Below, in pieces: positions 1-8,670 of a stretch of DNA of 55,094 bases (the first letter of the stretch is position 1; each line of letters starts with the position of its first letter). The notes under the pieces are model-generated. The model saw only the letters and a list, made by a program, of their open reading frames with translations, did not search any database and was not told the origin of the DNA. The DNA lies in the IMG/VR virus record IMGVR_UViG_3300020074_000024, positions 1 through 55,094 of that record, one strand, 5' to 3'. Position numbers and translations under genes: made by a program. Origin of the DNA: a virus. Taxonomy: Duplodnaviria; Caudoviricetes.

Positions 1-271
1 GCCGGGGGCATTGCCGGAGCTCTCGTCAGAGTCATCGGGGCCTTGGCCGCCACCAGAGTCACTATCAGAGTCCTCGTCACCGGAGCCATCGCCAGAGTCA
101 CCATCGGAATCCTCGCCGTCAGAGTCCCCGTCATCAGGGCCGTCGCCGGGGGCATTGCCGGAGCTCTCGTCAGAGTCATCGGGGCCTTGGCCGCCACCAG
201 AGTCACTATCAGAGTCCTCGTCACCGGAGCCATCGCCAGAGTCACCATCGGAATCCTCGCCGTCAGAGTCC
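1..271. repeat. 144-bp tandem duplication (48 aa) in the acidic Gly/Asp/Ser linker
   Basis: 1-127 recurs at 145-271. Confidence 0.9.
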
Positions 272-846
272 TCGTCGCCAGCACCGGAACCCTCGTCATC
301 ACCGGAACCTTCGCCGCCTTCACTGGAACCCTTGTCACCTCCACTTTTGCCAAAGTCCTCGCCATCCCCTTCACCAGAGTCGCCGCCGCCTCCAAATCCC
401 CCGTTGGGGTCGTCTGGTGTTTCGGCCATGAACGTCAGGAGCCGGTAGTATTCCTCAGCGGTCATGTTCTCTGGGAAGCCGTATGCGGTTGCGGTCACCG
501 GCGCGCAGCCTTGAACGGTGGGCAAGGAGTAGCCTTCCCGCCGGAGACGGGAGTTGACTTCCATGTCAACGGCCAGCCGCCAGGGCTCAAGTTCCTTGCC
601 CTCCCCGCGCTGAAAATGGCGGAGAATCAAATGATAGACTTCGTGGAGTACGATGGTCGCCAGTGAGTCCACCGGCTGGGCTGCCACCAAGTCGGGCCGG
701 AAGTAGAGGTCAAGCCCTTGACTCACGCTCATAATGAAAGGCGATTTGGTTGTGGGCTTCATGTTCAGCGCCCAAATGTAGGAGCCGTAGTACCTCGTTC
801 TCGCCGCCTGCCTGAGCCTTGCTGCCTGCAAATTCGGTGGTATCAT
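1..846 (-). CDS. DUF2201-like putative metallopeptidase domain protein (partial, runs off left edge; vWA domain expected beyond the window)
   Basis: Not in ORF track (no stop in window). Manual translation from ATG 846 (RBS AGGAGGGG): MIPPNLQAARL...IVLHEVYHLILRH...LAVDMEVN...TAEEYYRLL, then a D/G/S/E-rich linker; HExxH motif; MoxR-like AAA gene upstream. Confidence 0.8.
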   Translation of the reverse strand, partial: MIPPNLQAARLRQAARTRYYGSYIWALNMKPTTKSPFIMSVSQGLDLYFRPDLVAAQPVDSLATIVLHEVYHLILRHFQRGEGKELEPWRLAVDMEVNSRLRREGYSLPTVQGCAPVTATAYGFPENMTAEEYYRLLTFMAETPDDPNGGFGGGGDSGEGDGEDFGKSGGDKGSSEGGEGSGDDEGSGAGDEDSDGEDSDGDSGDGSGDEDSDSDSGGGQGPDDSDESSGNAPGDGPDDGDSDGEDSDGDSGDGSGDEDSDSDSGGGQGPDDSDESSGNAPG

Positions 847-863
847 CTCCCCTCCTTGATACA

Positions 864-892
864 AGTATAGCATAAAGTCGCCATTTTGTCAA
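864..892 (-). promoter_or_regulatory. sigma70-type promoter TTGACA-N17-TATACT with extended -10 TG
   Basis: Plus strand agtata 864-869 and tgtcaa 887-892; just upstream of RBS/ATG 846. Confidence 0.8.
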
Positions 893-1239
893 GACAGGCC
901 CCATCCCAGGCTCGCCAGTCCAACCAGGGTCACCGCGCTGTCCCACGCCTCGCGAACCAGGTGAAAGTTACGATTTTTCGACACCCAACTCCGATGACGG
1001 GTAGCGTACTGCAACCAATAGTGGTAACCACGTACCGGGCTGTCCGAGTGCTCCCTGCTCGCCGTGACCAGGATGACCACGCGGTCATCGTGGCGAAGCA
1101 CCCTGGCGTCGGATGTCGCCAGCACGCCGCCGCTGTCAATGTATGAGCAGGCCATCGCGTAGTCACGCTTGAGCAGGAGTGGAAACTCCCCAGCGCGCGG
1201 GAGCAACTTGAACACCTTGTAGTCATCTTTCTTAGCCAT
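889..1239 (-). CDS. hypothetical protein
   Basis: ORF track 889..1251; ATG 1239 (MAKKDD) has a GGAGG RBS and follows the AAA stop. Confidence 0.7.
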   Translation of the reverse strand: MAKKDDYKVFKLLPRAGEFPLLLKRDYAMACSYIDSGGVLATSDARVLRHDDRVVILVTASREHSDSPVRGYHYWLQYATRHRSWVSKNRNFHLVREAWDSAVTLVGLASLGWGLS

Positions 1240-1240
1240 G

Positions 1241-2374
1241 CTACCTCCCAAGTCCAGCGGCTTCGAAAATCATCCGCAGTGGGGCGATGTCTGCCAACGG
1301 GATGTTGGTGACGTCGGAGGGCTTGTTCCTAACCAAGACGCTGCAATTGGCTGCTGCTAAGTCCGCGTGGCCGATTTTTGCCGCGTGGCTCATCACCTTG
1401 AACGCCTTCAGCCAATCGTCCTGGTGACCGTCCAAGACGTAGGCTACCAGACCGCTGAGCATTGCGTGAACCCTGTCGCCGGCCGTCTCCGCCTCAATCA
1501 GGCTGGGCTTCTTCAGCAACTCTTCTGGGGTGGGCAGGTCAAGACGCTCCACGAACTGAGCCAGCTCAAGCGCTGGCCCCTGACCAACGCAGCCGGCCAG
1601 CAGGTTAATGCCGACGTCGGAGCCAAGTTCCCAGCCAAGAGACGCCACCGCGCCAGCCAGTTCCATTGCGTTGCTCCATGACCTGCGGGACGGCCACGCC
1701 TTCCCAGCCTTGGCGGGGTCTTCAGGTCTCTGCCTGACCAACTCGCGGCGAGCGTCCAGAAACGAGATGACCAGGGCCGTCGCGGCAGAGATGTGGTCAG
1801 TCCAGTTAGCGGACAGCTTGGGTAGCTCAGAAGGCTTCTGCCAAATGCCCGTAAGACACCCTTCGCGCCAATCGTCATGAGACGTGGCGAATTCGAGGTG
1901 CACAAGCCGGTTTGCGACCGGGGCAGCCAAGTCGTAGCCATCGGTGGCAATTTCGGGGGGATTCGCGATTGCGAACCGGCGCACGTGCTCAGGGAGAACG
2001 TAGTCGCCAAGTTCCCGGTCCTGAAGCAGCGCCATCATAGGGGCTTGCATGGCGGGCCGGGCGCAGGTCAGTTCGTCTAGAACGATAACAGACGGGTTGT
2101 GCTCAGCGAGTTGTTTGCCGAGGTAGCTCGGCATCGAGTGGACGTAGCCGTCCACCGGAACCGGCAGAGACAGGTCGCAAGGGTCGTGCCGGGAAGGGAT
2201 GAACACCTGAGCGTAATATCCCATCTGCAAGGCGACGTTCTTGACCATGGACGACTTGCCTTCGCCGGAGTCGCCCCACAAAATAGCGGGCCGGTTTGCC
2301 TGCAACGTAATGGCTATGCAGGCCGCCAGGACCTGACCCTGCCTGTTAGAAGAACCAGTCTCCAAAAGTGACAC
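1241..2374 (-). CDS. MoxR-like AAA+ ATPase
   Basis: Walker A WGDSGEGKS, Walker B IVLDE, sensor AIANPP, arginine finger ANRLVHL. Confidence 0.88.
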   Translation of the reverse strand: MSLLETGSSNRQGQVLAACIAITLQANRPAILWGDSGEGKSSMVKNVALQMGYYAQVFIPSRHDPCDLSLPVPVDGYVHSMPSYLGKQLAEHNPSVIVLDELTCARPAMQAPMMALLQDRELGDYVLPEHVRRFAIANPPEIATDGYDLAAPVANRLVHLEFATSHDDWREGCLTGIWQKPSELPKLSANWTDHISAATALVISFLDARRELVRQRPEDPAKAGKAWPSRRSWSNAMELAGAVASLGWELGSDVGINLLAGCVGQGPALELAQFVERLDLPTPEELLKKPSLIEAETAGDRVHAMLSGLVAYVLDGHQDDWLKAFKVMSHAAKIGHADLAAANCSVLVRNKPSDVTNIPLADIAPLRMIFEAAGLGR

Positions 2375-2419
2375 GTTACCCCTCCTCGACTAGGATGGTG
2401 GCTTAACCACCTCCCCTAT

Positions 2420-2448
2420 AGTATAGCATATACTGCCTATTTTGTCAA
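2420..2448 (-). promoter_or_regulatory. sigma70-type promoter TTGACA-N17-TATACT (extended -10)
   Basis: agtata 2420-2425 and tgtcaa 2443-2448 on the plus strand. Confidence 0.8.
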
Positions 2449-2670
2449 GCGTTTTGACTGATTTTTCGCAAAGATTCTAACTCCATCATTAGAATTGAGG
2501 TACTCCTCAGTGAATCGCTGCAAGTCCGCCGTCGCCCTGACAAACGCAGCCACAGCCTCCTGGTATTCAGCAGAGTCCCTGCCACTGGCTTTGGCCCTGG
2601 CGTTCAGTTGCCTGCCCGCCTGCCCCCAAGTTTCCAGCAGATCCAGGGCAGTATCACCCCATGCCTTCAT
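2437..2670 (-). CDS. hypothetical protein
   Basis: 77-aa ORF, ATGA overlap with upstream gene, GGAGG RBS. Confidence 0.7.
   Translation of the reverse strand: MKAWGDTALDLLETWGQAGRQLNARAKASGRDSAEYQEAVAAFVRATADLQRFTEEYLNSNDGVRIFAKNQSKRLTK
2476..2493. promoter_or_regulatory. Palindromic site TCTAAT-N6-ATTAGA (1 mismatch)
   Basis: TCTAAC TCCATC ATTAGA, 27 bp upstream of the -35 at 2443-2448. Confidence 0.6.
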
Positions 2671-3356
2671 TCGTCCTCCTCAGCTATGTACGGGCGGATG
2701 TCCCCGCCTGTTATCCTCATCGTGTTTCTGCCAAACCTGCTCAGCAGGTAGCCCTCCACGCCCGCGTCATCGTTCCAAGCGGCTACGGTGAGCAACCTGT
2801 CTCTGTGAGTGTAGCGAAAGTCCACAACCCTGAACACGGTCTCGCGGGCCCAGTCAGTCAGCCGGGCCTTGTCTATCTCGTCAAGAGCCAGCACGGGCAC
2901 GTCGAGCGTCTGGTCAAAAAACTCGCGGACGGGCCTGGGTCGCTCAGGATTATACGCCTCGCGAAACCTGCCGAGAAGGTCAGGCAAGTTCTGGTACATG
3001 GCCGGGGTTCTAGCGCGAACCATCTCGGCAACCACTGTTTTGAGGATGTGTGTCTTGCCACATCCAAAACCTCCCTGTACCCCAAAGACGCCTGCCTTGC
3101 GCCCAAGCATCAGGGCCAGGTAGTCAAACAGCCCATCCCTGCCGGGGATGTCAAGTATGCCTGAAACGCTTAGCCCCAGGTCGCTGCCGCGCAGGTTGCT
3201 GCGCATGACAAACTGGGCGGTAACAAGCTCGGAGTTGTGAGTGCACTGTATGTAATGCACCCCCCATTGCCCGAACCCCTGCTGCCCAGGCGATATATCG
3301 TCGCGCCGCAACCAGCCAGGCGCGCCCGTGTCCATGTGGCACAACGCGCATATCAT
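2667..3356 (-). CDS. DnaC/IstB-like AAA ATPase (helicase loader)
   Basis: Walker A GGFGCGKT, Walker B LALDEI, DFRY and SRF motifs; N-terminal CxxC; start 3356 overlaps the Rep stop (ATGA). Confidence 0.85.
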   Translation of the reverse strand: MICALCHMDTGAPGWLRRDDISPGQQGFGQWGVHYIQCTHNSELVTAQFVMRSNLRGSDLGLSVSGILDIPGRDGLFDYLALMLGRKAGVFGVQGGFGCGKTHILKTVVAEMVRARTPAMYQNLPDLLGRFREAYNPERPRPVREFFDQTLDVPVLALDEIDKARLTDWARETVFRVVDFRYTHRDRLLTVAAWNDDAGVEGYLLSRFGRNTMRITGGDIRPYIAEEDE

Positions 3357-4291
3357 GTTACCCCCCTGATTTTTTGTATCGTCTCGGCATCTATCCGAGG
3401 AGCCTCGTGGAATGAAAAAGAGGCCCACTCCGCACGAATCTGCCCAGGGTGCGGGCGGCTTCCCTGCTTGCCTCTCCAGTCGTAACGCCTCCACCAGATA
3501 GCGAAGCGCGCCAGTGATTCGGGAGACTCTCCCTGCTTCACCAAAAAGCCGACCAGAGAGTTGAGCATCTGCCGCTGACGCTTGGTCAGAGTCGCCATGT
3601 CATACCCACAGACTTCACAGGCCTTAACGAAAAGAGAACCCGCAGGGGCCTTCTCCGTAGGAGAAGGCGAGCTATCTTCTAAGCCAGGCTTAAGGCTCTT
3701 AGGCTTAAGGCTCTGAGTATTTCGCTTATTTGACGAAGTACTCACCGGAGTATTTCGCCGTTTTGACGAAGTACTCGCCGATTCTACTCTCTCACAATAT
3801 TGTGGGAAAGTACTCTCCTGCTCTACTCTCTCACGGTGTTGTGGGAGAGAAGCGTTGCACTCATTTGCGAAAGTAACCAGGGCGTCGCCCCCAGGGCCCA
3901 CCCCTGCGCTAGCCTCTTCAGCAAGGCAGGTATCCTGCACGCCAACCCGAGCTTCCTCAGGGGCGTGGGAGCCAAGTGCGGTGTCCTCTGTGGGACATTC
4001 CGCGTTTCTAATTCCAAAATTAGAAACAAACCAATCGCAAATATCCTGGCGGGCCTCCCCGCACAGAATCGGCGCAACTCCGTTGTGACGGATAGTAAAC
4101 GTCGCCAGGCCCATGTCTTCAAGTTGTTTCCTGGCCCTGTCCAGCGAGGACAGGCTAATACCCAAGTCGTCGGCCATAACCTTGCGACCTGGGCAATCGC
4201 CGTCCAAAACAATGATGTACGAAAGCAACGCAGCGGCAACTAAGTCGCCCGTCTCGCTCAAGAAGCGATAGGGCACTACAAGGGCGTTCAT
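3353..4291 (-). CDS. Phage replication initiator (N-terminal wHTH)
   Basis: HTH PGRKVMADDLGISLSSLDRARKQLEDMG, low-complexity linker containing DNA repeats, directly upstream of the DnaC-like loader. Confidence 0.75.
   Translation of the reverse strand: MNALVVPYRFLSETGDLVAAALLSYIIVLDGDCPGRKVMADDLGISLSSLDRARKQLEDMGLATFTIRHNGVAPILCGEARQDICDWFVSNFGIRNAECPTEDTALGSHAPEEARVGVQDTCLAEEASAGVGPGGDALVTFANECNASLPQHRERVEQESTFPQYCERVESASTSSKRRNTPVSTSSNKRNTQSLKPKSLKPGLEDSSPSPTEKAPAGSLFVKACEVCGYDMATLTKRQRQMLNSLVGFLVKQGESPESLARFAIWWRRYDWRGKQGSRPHPGQIRAEWASFSFHEAPRIDAETIQKIRGVT
3686..3850. repeat. Iteron-like direct repeats inside the Rep gene (putative origin)
   Basis: aggcttaaggctct x2 (3686, 3701); gagtatttcgc..ttgacgaagtactc.ccg x2 (3715, 3748); tctactctctcac..ttgtggga x2 (3783, 3822). 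Confidence 0.6.
4004..4027. promoter_or_regulatory. Palindromic site TCTAAT-N6-ATTAGA
   Basis: GTTTCTAATT-CCAA-AATTAGAAAC, perfect 10-bp arms, inside Rep. Confidence 0.65.
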
Positions 4292-4467
4292 TCCTCAGCC
4301 CGCTCCACATAGAACAGGCAGCCCTTTCGCTGATGCTTTGCCTTGCATCCGTCGCAGTACATCTCCCTGGCCGACGACCGCTTCATAATCCAGGTATCGC
4401 CGACCTTGAGCCAAATGAGGCGGGGCCGCAGGCTATTCTGCGGCCCCAGGCAATTGTATTTGCTCAT
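4288..4467 (-). CDS. small Cys-containing hypothetical protein (59 aa)
   Basis: Below track cutoff; MSKYNCLGPQ...YCDGCKAKHQRKGCLFYVERAEE; ATGA overlaps at both ends. Confidence 0.7.
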   Translation of the reverse strand: MSKYNCLGPQNSLRPRLIWLKVGDTWIMKRSSAREMYCDGCKAKHQRKGCLFYVERAEE

Positions 4468-5069
4468 GGCAGCACCGGCACAATGCGGAACTTGACGTCA
4501 GCCCCGTCGTCAGGCAAGTAACCCTGCTCAGACGACGCCTTGATGACAATGATGACACGCTCACTGCCGTCAGGGAGCGTCTCGAAAGTAACCGTTCCCT
4601 CCCCAGTGTATGGGTCTGCGTAAACCTTCTGCACCCCGCTGGCAAGGTCAATCTCCCTGCGAAGGCGCTGGCAGCTCCAGCCACCCTGCTGAGCCTTGAG
4701 CAACCAGTCCTTCTTCACGTCGGGGCCGTCCAGCTTGGCGACCGGGGCCCAGTGAGAAAACGTAACACCATCGCCAAGAATGCGGGCCTCGGGCTCCATC
4801 CGGCGGGCGATGGAAGCAGTGTTCATCAGTGTACCCACCCCCAGCCCAGTGACCTTGACCGCCTGAGTGTACCTCTGACCCCAGCGGCGCTCGCCAAAAT
4901 TGAGCCAGTCACCCAAGTAAACATCCATGAGTTGCTTTTGCTCCTGGAGAACGCCGCCAATGCGTTCCCAGACAGCATACGGCGTGTCGTCGGCAAGCTC
5001 AAGCCCTTTGTCGGTGAAGCTCACATACTTCTCCAATTCCTGAATCCGAGTCGCGACCTCTGCTGCCAT
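4464..5069 (-). CDS. LmbU-like DNA-binding protein
   Basis: W..IG...YLGDWLNFGERRWG..Y..A...LMN.ASIARR...R....FSHW pattern; ATG 5069 with GGAGGG RBS below a promoter. Confidence 0.6.
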   Translation of the reverse strand: MAAEVATRIQELEKYVSFTDKGLELADDTPYAVWERIGGVLQEQKQLMDVYLGDWLNFGERRWGQRYTQAVKVTGLGVGTLMNTASIARRMEPEARILGDGVTFSHWAPVAKLDGPDVKKDWLLKAQQGGWSCQRLRREIDLASGVQKVYADPYTGEGTVTFETLPDGSERVIIVIKASSEQGYLPDDGADVKFRIVPVLP

Positions 5070-5092
5070 CTTACCCTCCCTCTTTGACCTAT

Positions 5093-5121
5093 AGTATAGC
5101 ATATAAACGCTATTTTGTCAA
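5093..5121 (-). promoter_or_regulatory. sigma70-type promoter TTGACA-N17-TATACT (extended -10)
   Basis: agtata 5093-5098, tgtcaa 5116-5121. Confidence 0.8.
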
Positions 5122-5463
5122 AGATGCCTTCAGCCTCTTGCTCTGCTCCTTGGAGCCGTGACACCACGTCCCCTCATCTGTGCGGTGGCTGTACCACTGA
5201 CCGTTGGGCCCCGACTTGAGCTTCATCGGCACTTGATGCGTCTCGCAGATGACGGTATCAGGCACGTCGCTGTTGCCAGCCTTGTTTGCAGCCTTGTCGC
5301 CAGGGAGCCAACGTCTCTCGACCAGCTTTTTTTCCAGTGCAGTCCACCTGTTGAGCAGGGCAGACGCTTCGTCTTCGGTAACATCCTCGCGCAGCGTCAG
5401 CAGCAGGTCATATCCCGCCGCTGTGCGCACCTTCACGGTCAGGCTCACTTTCGCCTCGTTCAT
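5110..5463 (-). CDS. hypothetical protein with C-terminal CxxH...H...C putative zinc site
   Basis: ATG 5463 (MNEAKV) with AGGAGG RBS; CETH...YSH...WC. Confidence 0.7.
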   Translation of the reverse strand: MNEAKVSLTVKVRTAAGYDLLLTLREDVTEDEASALLNRWTALEKKLVERRWLPGDKAANKAGNSDVPDTVICETHQVPMKLKSGPNGQWYSHRTDEGTWCHGSKEQSKRLKASLTK

Positions 5464-5896
5464 CGTTACCCTCCTTTGAAATGTTAATGGCTGTAACCCA
5501 GCCAAGCAGAAACGATAGCGCCCCGGCATACTCGATGGCTTCGAGTAGCCCGGGGCTGTAAAACGTAGTGAGTCCGTGCCCTCTCAGCTCGGTCAGAAAG
5601 ATACGCTCTGTGTATCCCTTGACTAGCCGCATGATAGCGGCCTGCTCGTCAGGCGAGTACACGTCCCACAGCGCCACCATCTTCTGGACAAGCAGGGCCG
5701 CATCCGCCGTGGCCATGTCTCGCCTCGTCGCTGTCGGGATAAGGCGTAGCAAGGACTCAAGTTTGTCAGCAGGGACGCCTGTGTCCCGCATGAATTGCCG
5801 CGCCTCAGGCGTGTCCATGAACGCTCCGAGGGACGGAGCAAGGGAGACATCAGCGTCACCAAACAGAGAATGATAAAGTTCGGCTAGTCCGTTCAT
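5408..5896 (-). CDS. hypothetical protein
   Basis: 162-aa ORF coupled (ATGA) to the upstream HTH gene. Confidence 0.65.
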   Translation of the reverse strand: MNGLAELYHSLFGDADVSLAPSLGAFMDTPEARQFMRDTGVPADKLESLLRLIPTATRRDMATADAALLVQKMVALWDVYSPDEQAAIMRLVKGYTERIFLTELRGHGLTTFYSPGLLEAIEYAGALSFLLGWVTAINISKEGNDERGESEPDREGAHSGGI

Positions 5897-6111
5897 GGCA
5901 GTGAGATAGTCCTGTGGCCTGCCGCCCTGCGAAGCTCGCCCTCAGCAACCATACGCTCGATGTGGAACCGCGTGGCCGTGTTGCTGAGGCCAATAGCCTT
6001 CGCGACCTCGACCAGGGTAGGGCCGTAACCACGCGAGCCTGTGTACGCCGCCACGTACGTCGCAATGCGGCGCCTGCGTTCAAGCCCCTTCTGTGTTGCA
6101 CCTTTTGGCAT
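5893..6111 (-). CDS. LexA-like winged-HTH DNA-binding protein (no peptidase domain)
   Basis: GYGPTLVEVAKAIGLSNTATRFHIERMVAEGELRR matches the LexA N-terminal domain pattern. Confidence 0.8.
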   Translation of the reverse strand: MPKGATQKGLERRRRIATYVAAYTGSRGYGPTLVEVAKAIGLSNTATRFHIERMVAEGELRRAAGHRTISLP

Positions 6112-6127
6112 AGTACCTCCTGACTAT

Positions 6128-6156
6128 AGTGTAGCGTATATTGCCTAGTTTGTCAA
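6128..6156 (-). promoter_or_regulatory. sigma70-type promoter TTGACA-N17-TACACT
   Basis: agtgta 6128-6133, tgtcaa 6151-6156; spacer similar to the other promoter copies. Confidence 0.7.
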
Positions 6157-6761
6157 GTCTCCAAGACCTTCGTGACCAAGATACCGAGCCTGCGAAGGAG
6201 CTCGTGGAGATGCGGGTTGTCAGACTTTGCAGCCAGTAGCGCTTGTTGGGCCGCCACGACGTTCATCTCGGAGTAGCCGTTCCCGTAGCGCCGCAAAATC
6301 CCGCACAGTTCTCGCCCGATGTCCCAATAGTAGTGCTGAGCCGAGGTCAAGCCACCCCTGTCAGTCCACTCCTGATAGCGCTGGCCTGGGACATACTCTC
6401 GGAACCCGCGCCCAGACCCCAGGCTCTCGGCAGCCTCCTCCAGTTGTGCGATTGCCCAGCGTTGCCGAAATGCTCTACGGGCCTGTGACTCGTCAATCTC
6501 CCACAGAGTAGCGATATGCCGTATGGTGCAACAGTGCCGCAGGTAAGAGAAGGGAAAGCGACGGGACGGAGGGGATATTTCGCGGCAGCAATCGCGAACC
6601 TCTCTCTCGTCGGGGTGCCAAATCCTTTTGGAATCCCAGTGACCGAACGTGGTCGTCGGCACCTTATGCGCCCGCCGTTGCCAGTACATGTGCCACGCAA
6701 ACTCAAGTCTCTGCTCAGGCGTTGAGCTTCTCATCAGCGCCTCGTCAAATGACTGTATCAT
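6153..6761 (-). CDS. hypothetical protein with CC...PSR..P.SYLRHC...H domain
   Basis: Start 6761 overlaps upstream TAA; domain paralogous to that in 7146..7766. Confidence 0.7.
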   Translation of the reverse strand: MIQSFDEALMRSSTPEQRLEFAWHMYWQRRAHKVPTTTFGHWDSKRIWHPDEREVRDCCREISPPSRRFPFSYLRHCCTIRHIATLWEIDESQARRAFRQRWAIAQLEEAAESLGSGRGFREYVPGQRYQEWTDRGGLTSAQHYYWDIGRELCGILRRYGNGYSEMNVVAAQQALLAAKSDNPHLHELLRRLGILVTKVLET

Positions 6762-6967
6762 TATTTGCTCCAGGCAACACAAGTGCAAGTGGCAGGCAAC
6801 TCGGCCACTATTTCAGCCCGTTCTCGCTCAGAATGAAAAATGGCGTCGGAGTCCTGTACCCATGTCTCCCCGTGCCAGTCCTTGCACTCGGCAAGTGTCT
6901 CCATGAAGCCAACGGGGTCATCAGTGCTGACCGCCGTACGTCCAGGATAGAACACGATATACATCAC
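6761..6967 (-). CDS. hypothetical protein
   Basis: 68-aa ORF coupled on both sides. Confidence 0.65.
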   Translation of the reverse strand: MMYIVFYPGRTAVSTDDPVGFMETLAECKDWHGETWVQDSDAIFHSERERAEIVAELPATCTCVAWSK

Positions 6968-7161
6968 CCCTCCAGCTTTCTAACCGCCCTCGATAACTCA
7001 AGGAACGGCCCTTGCTCCTCGATGAAGCGCTCAAACTCGTCAGGGTCAATCCGGCACATTACAGCCAGGTGATAACGCATATACTTACGGTACAACTCGG
7101 AGGGATTGCCATCCGTGCAGTTACGGTAATAATCCCATGCCCGAATCATAGCTTTTTGCAT
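6964..7161 (-). CDS. hypothetical protein
   Basis: 65-aa ORF; alternative start 7149 (ATGA overlap). Confidence 0.6.
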   Translation of the reverse strand: MQKAMIRAWDYYRNCTDGNPSELYRKYMRYHLAVMCRIDPDEFERFIEEQGPFLELSRAVRKLEG

Positions 7162-7766
7162 GACTGCTCAAACTCCAATCGCACCAATTCGCCCTTCAGG
7201 AATTTCTTGAACTCTCTTTCGTCAAGGCCGTACTTGACCGCGATGTGCTTGACCGTTGAGCAGTGCCTCAAGTATGAGTAGGGCCATCTCCTGGAGGGGC
7301 CGCGTATGTCGTTGCAGCAATCCTGATACTCGCCAGCATCGGGGAACCATTGCCCTGAGCGCCACTTCCCATATTGCGTAGGGCGAATCTTGCCCTCGGC
7401 CTTGCCGATGTACTCAGCAGCCGCCTGCTTCATGCGCGTGAGTTCAGCGATAGCCCCCTCGTACTCCTCGCGAGTCAACAACGGCGGGGGATTGTTCGGG
7501 TCAGTCGGGTCGTAGTCACACTCCTCGCATGGGTCGAAGCAACCAGAGTCGTTGACGGGAAAGGCCGTTCCGCACCTGGGGCAAAAGCCCCTACCGATGC
7601 AGTAAGGGCAATCCCCCGTGTTGACGACATCAACGCTTGTGTCCCCGTATGGAGCAGAGTCCGCAGAATCAACGGCCCCGTCACCGCCGCAAGCGGGACA
7701 CCAGAGCGAGGGCCGAGCCACCTCGTAACGGTGAATCATGCGCTCGTTCACCTCTCCTCCTCTCAT
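7146..7766 (-). CDS. Zn-finger (multiple CxxC) protein with C-terminal CC...PSR...HC domain
   Basis: CPACGG, CPYC, CPRC, CEEC; C-terminal DCCNDIRGPSRRWPYSYLRHCSTVKH. Confidence 0.7.
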   Translation of the reverse strand: MRGGEVNERMIHRYEVARPSLWCPACGGDGAVDSADSAPYGDTSVDVVNTGDCPYCIGRGFCPRCGTAFPVNDSGCFDPCEECDYDPTDPNNPPPLLTREEYEGAIAELTRMKQAAAEYIGKAEGKIRPTQYGKWRSGQWFPDAGEYQDCCNDIRGPSRRWPYSYLRHCSTVKHIAVKYGLDEREFKKFLKGELVRLEFEQSCKKL

Positions 7767-7775
7767 GTAGATGTG

Positions 7776-8141
7776 CTAATCCTCGTCGTCCCACCAGCGG
7801 ACGCGGTATTGTGGATACTCTGCGAGTGCGGCGCGAATCACTTCGAACACCTCGATGGCCACGGCTGGTGCGCTGCCCTCCATCTCCGCAAGCAGAGCGG
7901 TGCAGCGCGCTATCTCCTCACTCTGCCAGCCGAATTCGGCAAGAGTTGCACTGATAGCCTTGCCGAGACACCTGTGAAACTCTGTTCTTTCCATGTGACC
8001 TCCTACAGTTGCGGCGGCGGCCACGGCGTGGCACACCGGACATTCGACGGCTTGGTATGGTGTGACGTGGTAGCCGTCGTAGTTCGCGGTTTCAATGAGC
8101 GTACACACTGCGTCAGTCAGTGGGATGGGCTTGAGTTCCAT
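7776..8141 (-). CDS. hypothetical protein (CPVC)
   Basis: Likely start ATG 8141 (MELKPI) within track ORF 7776..8300. Confidence 0.6.
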   Translation of the reverse strand: MELKPIPLTDAVCTLIETANYDGYHVTPYQAVECPVCHAVAAAATVGGHMERTEFHRCLGKAISATLAEFGWQSEEIARCTALLAEMEGSAPAVAIEVFEVIRAALAEYPQYRVRWWDDED

Positions 8142-8361
8142 CGATAACCACCGCTCCCTGTCCCGCCAGCATGGGCGGAACGTATTCACTGTCACATGAC
8201 TCACAATGCACAGCATCGCTGTCACCCCAGGCGAGCCAATCCATGCGGTCCTCGCCGCAGACGGGACAAGCCCACGGCGCTGGCACGCGCTCATCCACAT
8301 GAGCGAGGTTAGCTGCTATTACTCGTGATGCTTCCAGTGCTGACAATTCCTCGTGGTTCAT
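8113..8361 (-). CDS. small zinc-ribbon protein
   Basis: CPVC...CESC; AGGAGGGG RBS. Confidence 0.7.
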   Translation of the reverse strand: MNHEELSALEASRVIAANLAHVDERVPAPWACPVCGEDRMDWLAWGDSDAVHCESCDSEYVPPMLAGQGAVVIDGTQAHPTD

Positions 8362-8372
8362 CTCGCCCCTCC

Positions 8373-8651
8373 TTAAGAGTTTGCCCAGACCACTCTGGGC
8401 ATCAGCTTCGTTGGCTGGCTAGTTCTGCGGAGAAAAACAGTGGTGACATTCCCGCCCCTGACTATCGCGCAGAGGCCGTCGCCGTTGCTTTCGCCAACCC
8501 AGACCTTTTGAGGAAGCCTGGCTATCCAGACCTGGGCGTCTGACTCACAAACCTTCGCCAGCCGGGCCTCCAGGTCTGCCACTGAAAGGCCGAATGCCTT
8601 TGGGAGCCTCTCGTCGATCCGTTCCCTTGCGTGCCTTGTCAGCTTAGCCAT
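8373..8651 (-). CDS. hypothetical protein with T.HA.ER motif (possible RelE/BECR-like fold)
   Basis: MAKLTRHARERIDERL...AIVRGGNVTTVF; first gene after promoter 8671-8699; fold call tentative. Confidence 0.6.
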   Translation of the reverse strand: MAKLTRHARERIDERLPKAFGLSVADLEARLAKVCESDAQVWIARLPQKVWVGESNGDGLCAIVRGGNVTTVFLRRTSQPTKLMPRVVWANS

Positions 8652-8670
8652 CTCACTTCCTCCTGACTAT

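Noticed and set aside
11-666. Plus-strand Pro/Ser-rich and Val/Ala-rich ORFs (11..448, 43..666)
   Set aside because: Antisense shadows of the repetitive minus-strand DUF2201-like gene, which has the promoter, RBS and HExxH motif
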